From assembly GCA_965267575.1 (NCBI GenBank), contig OZ254086.1, positions 3,456,001 to 3,520,000 on the forward strand: 64,000 nt of DNA, in the 5' to 3' direction. Shown piece after piece: positions 28,209-39,645 of the stretch (position 1 is its first letter; every line of letters begins with the position of its first letter). Origin of the DNA: Calditrichales bacterium (GTDB lineage Bacteria > Calditrichota > Calditrichia > Calditrichales > J004). Made by a program: the position numbers and the translations under genes. The notes beneath the pieces were generated by a model that saw nothing but the letters and a program-made list of their open reading frames with translations, was not told where the DNA came from and did not search any database.

Positions 28209-28242
28209 AAAAGAATCCTCCTCCGCAAACAGAGGAGGATTC
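28209..28242 (-). terminator. Intrinsic terminator after eno
   Basis: Perfect 11-bp stem GAATCCTCCTC/GAGGAGGATTC (28213-28242), followed by TTTT on the minus strand. Confidence 0.75.
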
Positions 28243-28256
28243 GGATTAAAGATCAG

Positions 28257-29627
<1,371 letters not shown>

Positions 29628-30389
29628 TCAAGAGCGTCTGTGCACGGTTGTTGCGGCAGCCTGTGCCGTGGGGAAAACAACCACATCGGCAATTTGCACA
29701 TGCGGCGGACGTGAGGCAATATAGACAGCCACATCGGCAATATCGTCCCCGATCAGCGGTTCCATGCCCTTGTAAACGTTGGCGGCCTTTTCCTTGTCTC
29801 CTTCAAAACGCACAACGCTGAATTCCGTTTCCACCAGGCCCGGGTCAATACTGGAGACGCGTAACGGCGTATCCACCAGGTCCAGGCGCAGGCCTTTGGT
29901 TAATGCGTCTACGGCATGTTTGCTGGCGCAGTAAACCGCGCCCCCCGGGTAAACCTCGTGTCCGGCAATCGAACCTATGTTTATTATATCACCGGCACCG
30001 CGTTTAACCATGTTCGGCGCCAGCGTGCGGGTAACGTACAGTAGCCCTTTGACGTTGGTATCGATCATCGTGTCGTAAAAATCATAATCCAGTTCGTGCA
30101 CTTTTTTCAGGCCCAAAGCGAGTCCGGCGTTATTGATCAAAATGTCAATATCGTCCAATCCGGATAACTTCTCCATCACTTTGCCACGCTCGCGCACATC
30201 CAGCGTTATGGTGCGTACGTTGATTTCGCCCTGTTTCTGTAAAGAGTTTTTTAATTGCTCCAATCGCTCCGCGCGCCGCGCAATCAGTACAAGATGACAT
30301 CCTTCCGCCGCAAAAGCCCTGGCGCAGGCTTCACCGATACCGGAACTGGCGCCTGTAATACAAACCGTTTTTTCTTTTAACCGATCCAT
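29628..30389 (-). CDS. Short-chain dehydrogenase/reductase (YdfG-like)
   Basis: TGASSGIG, NNAGLALG, YCASK, PGLVETEFS. Start moved to ATG 30389, which follows AGGAGG. Confidence 0.92.
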   Translation of the reverse strand: MDRLKEKTVCITGASSGIGEACARAFAAEGCHLVLIARRAERLEQLKNSLQKQGEINVRTITLDVRERGKVMEKLSGLDDIDILINNAGLALGLKKVHELDYDFYDTMIDTNVKGLLYVTRTLAPNMVKRGAGDIINIGSIAGHEVYPGGAVYCASKHAVDALTKGLRLDLVDTPLRVSSIDPGLVETEFSVVRFEGDKEKAANVYKGMEPLIGDDIADVAVYIASRPPHVQIADVVVFPTAQAAATTVHRRS

Positions 30390-30515
30390 GCTATCCTCCT
30401 TTTTGCTGCGATCCTTAAACTGCACATAGTTATTTTGAAGGGCAAGCGTGTTTAAAAGCCGTTTTACATTAATGGGCATTTTAGCTAAATTGAAAAATTT
30501 AAAACAGGAAAAATT

Positions 30516-31217
30516 GTGCTGAATGTATTAGCTTTTGGCGCGCATCCGGATGATGTGGAGCTTTTTTGTGCCGGCACCCTGATTAAGATGGCCCGGCAGG
30601 GTCATAAAACCGCCATAGCAGATTTGACGGCGGGAGAGCTGGGAAGCAGGGGAAACGCCGAAACGCGTAAAAAAGAAGCTGAAGAAGCGGCACGTATACT
30701 GGGCCTGAGTTTCCGGGAAAACCTGGGCCTGCGCGACGGTCACGTGGCAGATGATGAAGCAAGCCGCAAGGTCGTTGTGGAAGCCATCAGGCGGCATAAA
30801 CCGCAGATCGTTCTGGCGCCGTTTAATCTGGACCGCCATCCGGACCATGAGGCTGCTTCGCGCCTGGTAACATCCGCGCATTTTTTCAGCGGGGTACATG
30901 GTTATAAAACAGAAAGCCCCGCATACAGGCCGCCGGCGCTGGTTTATTATTTCCATCACCACGTGGAAAAGCCCAGTTTTGTAATAGACATCAGTGATTG
31001 TTTTGAGGCCAAGATGCAATCGATCCGGGCATACAAAAGCCAGTTTCACGATCCGCAATCCAAAGAGCCGCAAACCTATATCAGCCGGCCGGAGTTTTTG
31101 CAGTCGGTTGAAATAAGAGCGCGTCATTTTGGCTTTCAGATCGGAGTTGAATACGCCGAACCGTTTTTTGTAAAATCAGCAATCAAAATTGATAACCTTT
31201 TACATATAGTTGCGTAA
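30516..31217 (+). CDS. bshB1: Bacillithiol biosynthesis deacetylase BshB1 (PIG-L family)
   Basis: AHPDDVEL, DLTAGELGSRG, DRHPDH, AYKSQF, GVEYAEPF. Confidence 0.85.
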   Translation: MLNVLAFGAHPDDVELFCAGTLIKMARQGHKTAIADLTAGELGSRGNAETRKKEAEEAARILGLSFRENLGLRDGHVADDEASRKVVVEAIRRHKPQIVLAPFNLDRHPDHEAASRLVTSAHFFSGVHGYKTESPAYRPPALVYYFHHHVEKPSFVIDISDCFEAKMQSIRAYKSQFHDPQSKEPQTYISRPEFLQSVEIRARHFGFQIGVEYAEPFFVKSAIKIDNLLHIVA

Positions 31218-31244
31218 ATCGCCATCCGACAGGTAGAGGAGATC

Positions 31245-31697
31245 ATGAAATTCAAGTTTAGCGCAAACGATTTTAAACAGATAGAAAAAGTACTGGGCAC
31301 CCGTTTTACCAAGCGCGGAAACCAGCACCGGGCCGTTTTGCTGAATGAGCAGGAGGGCCGCAAGATGACAATCGAGATTTATACGAATATCCAGATTGGC
31401 GAAAGCGAAGGAAACCTAATTTCCGTGTTTACGCCCTACAGCCATTCACAGCTGCACTTCTGTACCGGTTTTGTTGCCAGCGACGTGCTGGGCGAAGTAA
31501 CCTTTATCGCCGAGTTCAAAGGACACCTCAGCGGTATTATTGTCGAAAAGCAGGTTGGCTGTTCTGTCTTTACAAATGTGGAAAGAGGATTACTTTCCGG
31601 CGACTTTACTCAGCTTGCACCGGAAGTAATGCTTTCGGGGATCGCGCTTTCCCTGGCCGAGCCCCTGCTGGAGGACAGCGGTAAAGCTGATAAATAG
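31245..31697 (+). CDS. Hypothetical protein
   Basis: 150-aa ORF with a GAGGAG SD, inside the bshB1-xerD operon. No motif recognised. Confidence 0.7.
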   Translation: MKFKFSANDFKQIEKVLGTRFTKRGNQHRAVLLNEQEGRKMTIEIYTNIQIGESEGNLISVFTPYSHSQLHFCTGFVASDVLGEVTFIAEFKGHLSGIIVEKQVGCSVFTNVERGLLSGDFTQLAPEVMLSGIALSLAEPLLEDSGKADK

Positions 31698-31699
31698 GC

Positions 31700-32587
31700 A
31701 TGCACTTCTTGCTCAAGCAATACATCAGTCATTTGACTTTTGAGCAAAATCTGTCCCCAAACTCCATTGACGCTTACCGCCGCGATGTCGATCGTTTTAT
31801 CACCTACCTCAAAAAAACCGGCGTGGCCGATCCCATCAAGGCCGCGCCGGAGCACATCCACCGTTTGATCCGCCTGCTCAGCCAGATCGGGCTTTCCGAA
31901 ACCAGCCTGGCACGCAACATCAGCTCCATTCGCGGTTTTTACAGGTTTCTTATTGGTGAAGACCTTCTTCAAAAAGACCCCACAAGTCATATCGAACAGC
32001 CAAAAGTGCCCCGTTACCTGCCAACCGTTCTTACCTACAAGGAGGTGGAAAAGCTGTTGGATGCGATGGATACGGGGACGACATTGGGTTTGCGCAACAG
32101 AGCGATGTTTGAAACTATTTACGGCAGCGGCTTGCGTGTCTCGGAGCTGCTTTCGCTGGGGATGAACCAGGTTTACGCACAGCAGCACATTCTGCGTATT
32201 TTCGGGAAGGGAAGCAAAGAAAGGCTGGTGCCGCTTTCGGATGAAGGATTGCATTGGATCAAGCGCTACCTGGATGAAGGAAGGCCGTCTTTACTAAAAG
32301 GGCGCAGCGAGATTACTGTTTTTCTGAACCGCAGCGGCCGTCCCATGTCGCGAATGGGCTTTTGGAAGATCCTGAGCGCCGCCGCCGCCGATGCCGGCAT
32401 CAAAAAGGCGGTTCATCCGCACACCTTGCGGCACTCTTTTGCTACACACCTTATTGAGAATGGTGCCGACTTGCGCGCGGTGCAGGAGATGCTGGGGCAT
32501 TCGGACATCAGTACCACGCAAATTTACACGCACCTGGACAGGACGGTCATAGAAAAAGAGTACCGCAAATATCATCCCCGGGCCTGA
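31700..32587 (+). CDS. xerD: Site-specific tyrosine recombinase XerD
   Basis: NLSPNSIDAYRRD, YGSGLRVSEL, GKGSKERLVP, HPHTLRHSFATHL, VQEMLGHSDISTTQIYTH. Confidence 0.93.
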   Translation: MHFLLKQYISHLTFEQNLSPNSIDAYRRDVDRFITYLKKTGVADPIKAAPEHIHRLIRLLSQIGLSETSLARNISSIRGFYRFLIGEDLLQKDPTSHIEQPKVPRYLPTVLTYKEVEKLLDAMDTGTTLGLRNRAMFETIYGSGLRVSELLSLGMNQVYAQQHILRIFGKGSKERLVPLSDEGLHWIKRYLDEGRPSLLKGRSEITVFLNRSGRPMSRMGFWKILSAAAADAGIKKAVHPHTLRHSFATHLIENGADLRAVQEMLGHSDISTTQIYTHLDRTVIEKEYRKYHPRA

Positions 32588-32687
32588 CAAAAAGGCATCC
32601 CTCTTAATTGAAATAAGTTATATAAATCCATACATTTAGGGATTGATTTGCGATTGTTAATTCACACCGGAAAGGCTCAACTCCCAG

Positions 32688-33848
32688 ATGGCTAACAGCC
32701 CATACTCACACGAAGAACTTCAAAAAATAACAGGCTTTTACGGCAGTACGCCGGAGGTTGAAGAATTATTGCAGACAACAGCTATGGTTGCCCCTACCGA
32801 TTTGTCCGTTCTGATCATAGGTGAAAGCGGTACCGGTAAAGAGGTGATCGCCAATGCTATACACAGTATGAGCAAGCGCAAGGGCCGCACGCTGGTATCC
32901 GTAAATTGCGGCGCTATTCCCGAAGGCATCCTGGAGTCGGAATTGTTCGGCCACGAAAAAGGCTCTTTCACCGGTGCGGTGGGTCAAAAAAAGGGCTACT
33001 TCGAGGTTGCTGACCGTGGGACTATTTTTTTGGATGAGATAGGCGAGATGCCGCTTAACACGCAGGTTAAGTTGCTGCGCGTTCTGGAGACGTCTGAGTT
33101 TATGCGTGTTGGCGGCACCGAGGTTCTCAAAGTGGATGTGCGGGTTATCGCGGCTACAAATAAGAATATGGAGCAGGCGGTAAACAGCAACCAGTTCCGC
33201 CGCGATCTCTATTTCCGGCTTAAGGCGATCACGCTGCAAATTCCGCCTCTGCGCAAACGCAAAGCTGACATCCCGCAGCTTGTCCAGATATTTGCCGATG
33301 CTTACGCCCAGAAAAATGATATCCGTTTTAAGGGTTTTTCACCTGAGGCAGTTTCGGAGCTTGTGAAGCATAACTGGCCCGGAAATGTGCGCGAGCTGCG
33401 CAATTTTGTGGAGACGGCCATTATATTGAACCGCGGGGAAGTGATACGATCGGAATATGTGCACAATGCTCTGCAGCTTGGTCAGCACAAAACCACTTCG
33501 GATTTTCTGCCGGTACCGATAAACAAAACGCCGGAAGAAGCCGAAAGAGAGTTGATATACCGGACGCTTATTTCATTAAAGCTAGACGTGACAGAATTAA
33601 AGCAGATGTTTCAGGCGCTGGTAAGCAATAATTTTCAAAGCAAACCGTATACCGATATTCCGGCCGACAGCGATGACGAAGAGCGAGATGAGAACGCTGC
33701 CGTGAAACCACAGACGATTTCCGGGATGGAGCGCGAACTGATAAAAGAAACCCTCAATAAATTTGGCGGTAGCCGGAGAAAAACAGCGCGGGCGCTGCAA
33801 ATAAGCGAACGTACGCTGTACCGAAAAATTAAGGAATACGGTCTGTGA
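32688..33848 (+). CDS. Sigma-54-dependent Fis-family transcriptional activator with no sensory domain
   Basis: GESGTGKE, ESELFGHEKGSFTGA, LDEIGE, WPGNVREL, and a C-terminal HTH 'LQISERTLYRK'. Confidence 0.93.
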   Translation: MANSPYSHEELQKITGFYGSTPEVEELLQTTAMVAPTDLSVLIIGESGTGKEVIANAIHSMSKRKGRTLVSVNCGAIPEGILESELFGHEKGSFTGAVGQKKGYFEVADRGTIFLDEIGEMPLNTQVKLLRVLETSEFMRVGGTEVLKVDVRVIAATNKNMEQAVNSNQFRRDLYFRLKAITLQIPPLRKRKADIPQLVQIFADAYAQKNDIRFKGFSPEAVSELVKHNWPGNVRELRNFVETAIILNRGEVIRSEYVHNALQLGQHKTTSDFLPVPINKTPEEAERELIYRTLISLKLDVTELKQMFQALVSNNFQSKPYTDIPADSDDEERDENAAVKPQTISGMERELIKETLNKFGGSRRKTARALQISERTLYRKIKEYGL

Positions 33849-34336
33849 AAAAATTGATTCTGCCGTTGTTTCTCTTTTTTGCTTTGCTGAGCAGTTGCGG
33901 TTACTATTCATTTAAAGGAGCGCTACCGTCACATCTGCAGACGATCGCCATACCGATCTTTGCCGATAACACATCTTATCCCAATGTGCGCGAAAATCTG
34001 ACGGACAGGCTGATTGAGGCGTTTATAAATGACAATACGCTCAAAGTAGTGGATGAGAGCAAAGCCGATTTGCTGGTCAACGGAACAGTACAGTCTATAC
34101 AAACGCAGGCAGCGGCGGTGCAAAGCGGTGAAACGGTAACGGATTTACAGGTTTATGTGAATGTGCGCGTGGTGTGCGAAGATATAAAGATGTCCAAAAA
34201 ATTGTATGAAAAGACCTTTCGCCATTATGGTCTGATGGATGCTAACGGTGGTCAGGCCGAGCAGGACGAGGCCATCGCCGAGGCGATTGAACTGATCACG
34301 GAAGATATTGTAAATACTACTTTAGGCGGCTGGTAA
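33845..34336 (+). CDS. lptE: LptE-family lipoprotein
   Basis: Lipobox LLSS-CGYYSF and 'TIAIPIFADN'. Its position after the sigma54 activator matches the Bacteroidota arrangement. Confidence 0.75.
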   Translation: MKKLILPLFLFFALLSSCGYYSFKGALPSHLQTIAIPIFADNTSYPNVRENLTDRLIEAFINDNTLKVVDESKADLLVNGTVQSIQTQAAAVQSGETVTDLQVYVNVRVVCEDIKMSKKLYEKTFRHYGLMDANGGQAEQDEAIAEAIELITEDIVNTTLGGW

Positions 34337-34350
34337 ACGGGAGCTGAAAT

Positions 34351-35562
34351 ATGGCAGTAAATGTAGATCGAAATTTTGTGCTTTTCGCCCGAAAAGCCTC
34401 TCATTTTATGGATGAGAATAAGCTGGAAAATGCCACAAATCTGTGCGAAGCCGGTGTGCGTCGTTTTCCCTTTTATCCGGAAGGTCATTTTATTCTGGGC
34501 TGCTGCTATGAAAAGGCGGAGAGGATGGAAGACGCCAAAAGTGAATTTGAGAGGGTTCTGTTTTATAACAATATGCATACACCGGCGATGCGCCATCTTG
34601 CCCAAATTTACCGGCAGGCGGGTCTGCAGGAGATGGCCGCGGAAATGCTGCTGCGCGAGGCCATGTACAACCCCAATGATGAAAGGCTTCATGATCTGCT
34701 CCGCGAACTGAATGTGTACGAACGGTTTAGTAACCATTTCGGCGGCAGCCAGCTTATTCCGCCGCGGGCGATTGAGAAAAAGGAACCTGCCGGCGGGGAA
34801 CAGCTTGACGATGAAGCGTTGCTGACGGATGAAGAGGAAGAACCCATGGCGGACCCGCAGGAGGAATCCGTGCCGCGGCGGCCGAAGGTGCCCGACGTGG
34901 AGCACGTCTCCAACGTTGAGGATGACTTCTCGACGATCATGAGCGAAATTTTTGAGGACGAGTCCCGCGAACAGGTAAAAGAAGCCGAACAGGAATGGAT
35001 GGAGGTTGAAAACCTGCTGACCGATCATGACGAAGAAGTTGAGCAGCAGAAAGAGATCAGACCCGATTCCGGCGAAGCGCAGGATGATTTCCCGGAATCC
35101 ACGCGTGAACATACGGAAATTCTGTTGAAAGAGCTTTCGCGCGCTGATGCCGAGAGCGAAGAGAGCGCCAAACGCGACGTTGAAGAAGAAGCGGATATCA
35201 GGAGCGCAGAACCCGATGATGAAGGCGGCGCTGATGAATACCGCGAGGCAGAAGAGATGGCTGAAAAAATAATTCCGGAATCACCTGATGAACCGCCTGC
35301 CAGGCCCTTCACCAGAACATTTCAGACAATGCAGCAGAGCTTTCCCGATGAAGCGCCGGAAGAAGAGAAAGTCACTATTGAACATCTCATGAAAAATCCC
35401 AATCTGATTACGCCTACTTTTGGTGAAATATTGATCGCCCAGCGCAAGTTTGCAGAAGCTCGTCATGTTTTTGTTGAGATGGCCAAAAAGGACCCCAACA
35501 ACAGCCGCTTGCAGAAAAAGATCAATTTTCTGGATCGACTGCTTGACGCCCAGTCCGAATAA
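34351..35562 (+). CDS. TPR-containing protein with a long acidic linker
   Basis: N-terminal TPR-like helices, an E/D-rich middle, and a C-terminal 'TPTFGEILIAQRKFAEA' TPR-like helix pair. Confidence 0.7.
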   Translation: MAVNVDRNFVLFARKASHFMDENKLENATNLCEAGVRRFPFYPEGHFILGCCYEKAERMEDAKSEFERVLFYNNMHTPAMRHLAQIYRQAGLQEMAAEMLLREAMYNPNDERLHDLLRELNVYERFSNHFGGSQLIPPRAIEKKEPAGGEQLDDEALLTDEEEEPMADPQEESVPRRPKVPDVEHVSNVEDDFSTIMSEIFEDESREQVKEAEQEWMEVENLLTDHDEEVEQQKEIRPDSGEAQDDFPESTREHTEILLKELSRADAESEESAKRDVEEEADIRSAEPDDEGGADEYREAEEMAEKIIPESPDEPPARPFTRTFQTMQQSFPDEAPEEEKVTIEHLMKNPNLITPTFGEILIAQRKFAEARHVFVEMAKKDPNNSRLQKKINFLDRLLDAQSE

Positions 35563-35576
35563 TTCGCGGTCCATGA

Positions 35577-38500
35577 ATGCGCAGTATCATTTTTAGTATT
35601 TTTTTGATTGTTGCTTCCGCATATGCACAGCAATACTTCGTAAAGCTTACCCCAGCCGGCCGGCAACAGGTGTTTCAGGACAGCGCCCTTACCTCAAAAA
35701 ATCTTTCATTTTCTGAACAACAGGTCTTTAAAAAGATCGTCGATGAACGCGCCGTAGAGCCGACTCTTAAAGCCTGGTTTTTGGCAGATGGTTTTACGGA
35801 AAAGGAACTGAAGGAATTGCAGGCCGGGGGTATTGTTGAAGTGTTTGATCCGGTTGGCTCGTTTCGTGTTCAGAACAGTAGCTCTGATCCGCTCGTATCG
35901 GAGCAGTGGTACCTTGACAAGATTGAAGCATACCGTGCCTGGAGCATAAACCGCGGCAGCTCAGATGTAATAATTGCCGTAATCGATACCGGTGTGGACT
36001 ACGAACACGACGATTTGCAGGGTGGCCTGTGGATTAACGCCGCCGAAGATATAAATGGCAACGGCAGGCTGGATAAAGACGATCTGAATGGCATTGATGA
36101 AGATGGCAATGGTTATGCCGACGACCTAATCGGTTATGATTTTACCGACGCCCCCCGCTTTGCAGATTCAGGCGATTACCTGATGCCGGACCCTGATCCG
36201 ATGGACGAATTTCAGAATGGCCACGGGACACAGGCCAGCGGAATCATCTCCGCGCAATCTGGAAACGGGATCGGGATAAGCGGCATCGCGCCCGGTTGTC
36301 GCGTCATGTGTCTGCGCGCGGGTACGGCTTCCGGCTACCTTGAGGAAGACGATGTGGCCCGGGCCGTGCTTTACGCCGTTGATAACGGGGCGCAGATTAT
36401 TAATATGAGCTTTGGTGACAAGGTTGTCTCGCGTTTTTTGCGTGATGTAATCGATTACGCATGGCGGCAAAATGTTTTGGTAGTGGCTTCCGCGGGCAAC
36501 AGCGCCAGCAACGAGACACATTATCCTTCCGGACTGTCCCAAACCGTATCCGTGGGTGCCAGCACGCCGGACGACCAGCTGGCCGGGTTTAGCAATTTTG
36601 GCTCGACCATCGACCTGATCGCGCCCGGTGTGGAGATGGTCAGCACGGCGATTGGAAATGGCTACAACAGCGTGAACGGTACATCATTTAGCGCGCCGGT
36701 AGTCAGTGCCGTGGCCGGACTGCTGCTGTCTCAAAACCCGCAATTGTCGCCGGAGCAGTTACGCAATCTGCTTAAAACCTCTTCAGAAGATTTGTTTAGC
36801 CCCGGCTGGGATGAGCGCAGCGGAGCAGGGCGCTTAAATGCTTTTAACGCGCTGAAGGTACCGGCCGCAGGTGAAATGGCTATCGACAATCCGCAACCGC
36901 TTGCTTCAGCGGCGGGCGACACTGTGGTCATTAGCGGTCGCATGATGAACCCAGACCTTGCCCAATGGGGGCTTTCTTATGGTCTGGGACAAACGCCGCA
37001 ATCGTGGACGGAGATACGCACATCCGACCGGCAGATTGCCGACACACTGGCCCTGTTTAATATCAGCGACCTTCCCGATACGCTGATAACCCTGAGACTT
37101 TACCAAAAGCTTACCACCGGCGCCGGCGATGAACTGCGGCGTCCCTTTTATATTGACCGCACGGCTCCCGTCATAAAAGATGTGCAGATTGTTTCTCTGC
37201 TGGATGGCGCTGATGACGCGGCCCTGGTGCAGTTTTCCACTGACGACGTGAGCACGGCGCGATTAATTTTGCGCGATGGCAGCGATAATATCACCTATGT
37301 CGATGGACGTTACGAAACCCGTAACCATCGCATTAAGCTCGATTACAGGGCTTTTCCGGGCACATATACGATTCAGATTGAAGCGGAAAACACGGCCGGC
37401 CTTGTAACAACAAGCGGACCGCAGGATCCTTACCGGATTGAGCTTCAGCCGCGCTACGCCTGGCAGGAATTCCGACCGCTGCCTTACACGCTGCCAAAAG
37501 GCTATATGCTGCCGCAGATATGTGACTTTGACGAAGACGGAAACGGCGAGATTGTTATAAGCCGCTATAACGAAAACCACGCCTTTGGCCTGTTGCAGAT
37601 CTATGAGTTCAACGGTAGCGGTTTTGATCTGCGCGCCGAATCGACGCAAATCCTGATACCCCGTGCGGCGGGAGATGTGGATGGCGACGGAAAGGGTGAC
37701 ATCCTGGCCGGATTTGGCCAGGAATCTTTTCTGCTCGAAGCAGAACAGCCCAACGGCTGGCCAACGCAGATCGCCTGGCAAGGACCCGAAGGATTCTGGG
37801 CGGCCGGATATGCAGACAGCGATAAAGACGGAAAGCAGGAGATTATCGGTTACCGCGAAGACGCCTACCTGGTGCTAGAAAACAGCGCTGACAACAGCTT
37901 TTCCGAAACAGCCCGGCTGGCGAACAGTACGGGTGGGGGTAACCGTTTTGGCGTTCCCCGGTTTGCCATTACCGATCTGGATGGAAACGGCAGGCCTACG
38001 GTCTATTTCGGTGATTACGACGGCGACGTACTGGCCTTTGAAAATGTGGCGGATAACAGTTACCGCCTGGAAAACGTTTTAAAAACGATTCATCCCAACA
38101 GTACGGAAATGCTTGCCGCCACGGACGAAGGCCTTTTTATGGCCTCGCACACGCCGGAGCTTAACACGGAAAACGAGTTTGATGCCCGCTACTGGTCTGT
38201 CCAGTTTTTGGGCGGTACAGGGAGTGCCGATACAGTACACACCTTTGGATATCGCTCCACGCGCGAGTTTGACAGCGGCTTGACGCCGTTCCAGGCCAAC
38301 GGAGAATCGTATGTGGCCGCCTCGTTTTACCCCGATCTGTTTATCTTTAAAAAAACAGCCGGCGGCTGGCAGCCCGTCTGGCATAAAGAAGGTGTACGCT
38401 CCAACAGCGTGCTTGCCGCCGATCTGGACAATGACGGTGTGGATGAAATCTATTTTAACAACGGTGAGGCGATTGTTTCATATGCCCTGGAAGAGTTGCA

Positions 38501-39641
38501 GGGGCGTCCCGTGCAGCCTCACGCTTTCCGCGCCCGGGCCTTGGGTCCGCGCGATATCAGGTTATCCTGGCAATACAATGCCGCAGCGGATTATTTTTTG
38601 GTGGAGCGTTCCGCAAACGCGCAATCGTGGTTTGATGCCGGGCAAACCAGCAACCGGCAGTTTACAGACAGCCTGCTGCAAAAAGGCGATCTCTTTTATT
38701 ACCGTGTGTATGCCGTGGACAGTGCCGCGACAATTCCGGCCAGCCTGCCCTCGGCCATTGATTCGGCCAGGACTGCCGATAACCCGTTGATCACGTCTGC
38801 CGAAATTCTGAATGAAAAGCAGCTGCGTGTTATTTTTGACCGTAAGATAAGGCTATCCGCAGAGACTGTGGCATCCGCCTGGCGTCTTCCCGATTCTGTT
38901 TTTGCCTCAACCGTCATCGGAGCCAACGATCCGCATAAGCTGTTTGTGGCGTTTGACAAAGCGTTCCGTGCAGGCAGCTATATAATCGCTTTAAACGGTA
39001 TCGAATCGCAGGAAGGCATTCCCCTGGAAGGCACAAATAGCAGCGTTCAAATCCTTTACCGGGAGCAGGCGCCCGCGGTGATAGTTGCAAACCGCCGCTG
39101 GCTAAACAGCAATCAACTTGAAATTGAATTCTCAGCTCCCCTTCAGCTTTCGGCCCTCACCAACCGGGAAAATTACAGCGTTTATCCGTCGGGCGGGGTG
39201 CAAAGCATCGCCATACCGGACAGCAGCGGGCGCAAGGTCAGGCTTTCGTTTGACGGAAAGGTGTTCCGCGGCGCCTCGGGGCTTGCTTCCTACGTGGAAC
39301 TGGCAACCATGGCCGGACAAAACAACGGCGGGCTTGCCGCGGGCACGCGCGTAGGGCTTTTTGAACCCGCGGAAAATCTGAACGCACTGAAGCTGTATCC
39401 GCAGCCGCTCAAAAGCGATCATGAATCGTTGATGTTTGCAGAATTGCCCGGCTTCGTGACCATTTATATTTTTGACCTGAACGGCAGGCTGATCCGTTCC
39501 CTGGAAGGCGATCCGGAGTATGGCGCGCTGCGCTGGGATCTGAAAGATTTGAAGGGAAGGGTGGTAGCAAATGGTATTTATTTGTATACTATTCGATACA
39601 AGAATCAACAGAAAACAGGGAAGATAGCAATAATCCGGTAA
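35577..39641 (+). CDS. Secreted subtilisin-like S8 protease with FG-GAP/VCBS repeats, FN3 and a T9SS-type C-terminal domain
   Basis: Catalytic triad IDTG / GHGT / GTSFSAP; repeated DxDxDG motifs; C-terminus 'YPQP...IFDLNGRLIR...ANGIYLY...TGKIAIIR'. Confidence 0.88.
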   Translation: MRSIIFSIFLIVASAYAQQYFVKLTPAGRQQVFQDSALTSKNLSFSEQQVFKKIVDERAVEPTLKAWFLADGFTEKELKELQAGGIVEVFDPVGSFRVQNSSSDPLVSEQWYLDKIEAYRAWSINRGSSDVIIAVIDTGVDYEHDDLQGGLWINAAEDINGNGRLDKDDLNGIDEDGNGYADDLIGYDFTDAPRFADSGDYLMPDPDPMDEFQNGHGTQASGIISAQSGNGIGISGIAPGCRVMCLRAGTASGYLEEDDVARAVLYAVDNGAQIINMSFGDKVVSRFLRDVIDYAWRQNVLVVASAGNSASNETHYPSGLSQTVSVGASTPDDQLAGFSNFGSTIDLIAPGVEMVSTAIGNGYNSVNGTSFSAPVVSAVAGLLLSQNPQLSPEQLRNLLKTSSEDLFSPGWDERSGAGRLNAFNALKVPAAGEMAIDNPQPLASAAGDTVVISGRMMNPDLAQWGLSYGLGQTPQSWTEIRTSDRQIADTLALFNISDLPDTLITLRLYQKLTTGAGDELRRPFYIDRTAPVIKDVQIVSLLDGADDAALVQFSTDDVSTARLILRDGSDNITYVDGRYETRNHRIKLDYRAFPGTYTIQIEAENTAGLVTTSGPQDPYRIELQPRYAWQEFRPLPYTLPKGYMLPQICDFDEDGNGEIVISRYNENHAFGLLQIYEFNGSGFDLRAESTQILIPRAAGDVDGDGKGDILAGFGQESFLLEAEQPNGWPTQIAWQGPEGFWAAGYADSDKDGKQEIIGYREDAYLVLENSADNSFSETARLANSTGGGNRFGVPRFAITDLDGNGRPTVYFGDYDGDVLAFENVADNSYRLENVLKTIHPNSTEMLAATDEGLFMASHTPELNTENEFDARYWSVQFLGGTGSADTVHTFGYRSTREFDSGLTPFQANGESYVAASFYPDLFIFKKTAGGWQPVWHKEGVRSNSVLAADLDNDGVDEIYFNNGEAIVSYALEELQGRPVQPHAFRARALGPRDIRLSWQYNAAADYFLVERSANAQSWFDAGQTSNRQFTDSLLQKGDLFYYRVYAVDSAATIPASLPSAIDSARTADNPLITSAEILNEKQLRVIFDRKIRLSAETVASAWRLPDSVFASTVIGANDPHKLFVAFDKAFRAGSYIIALNGIESQEGIPLEGTNSSVQILYREQAPAVIVANRRWLNSNQLEIEFSAPLQLSALTNRENYSVYPSGGVQSIAIPDSSGRKVRLSFDGKVFRGASGLASYVELATMAGQNNGGLAAGTRVGLFEPAENLNALKLYPQPLKSDHESLMFAELPGFVTIYIFDLNGRLIRSLEGDPEYGALRWDLKDLKGRVVANGIYLYTIRYKNQQKTGKIAIIR

Positions 39642-39645
39642 ATAT

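Noticed and set aside
31700..32587. Tyrosine recombinase as a possible phage or island integrase
   Set aside because: Its size and motifs fit housekeeping XerD, and there are no att repeats or mobile genes nearby.
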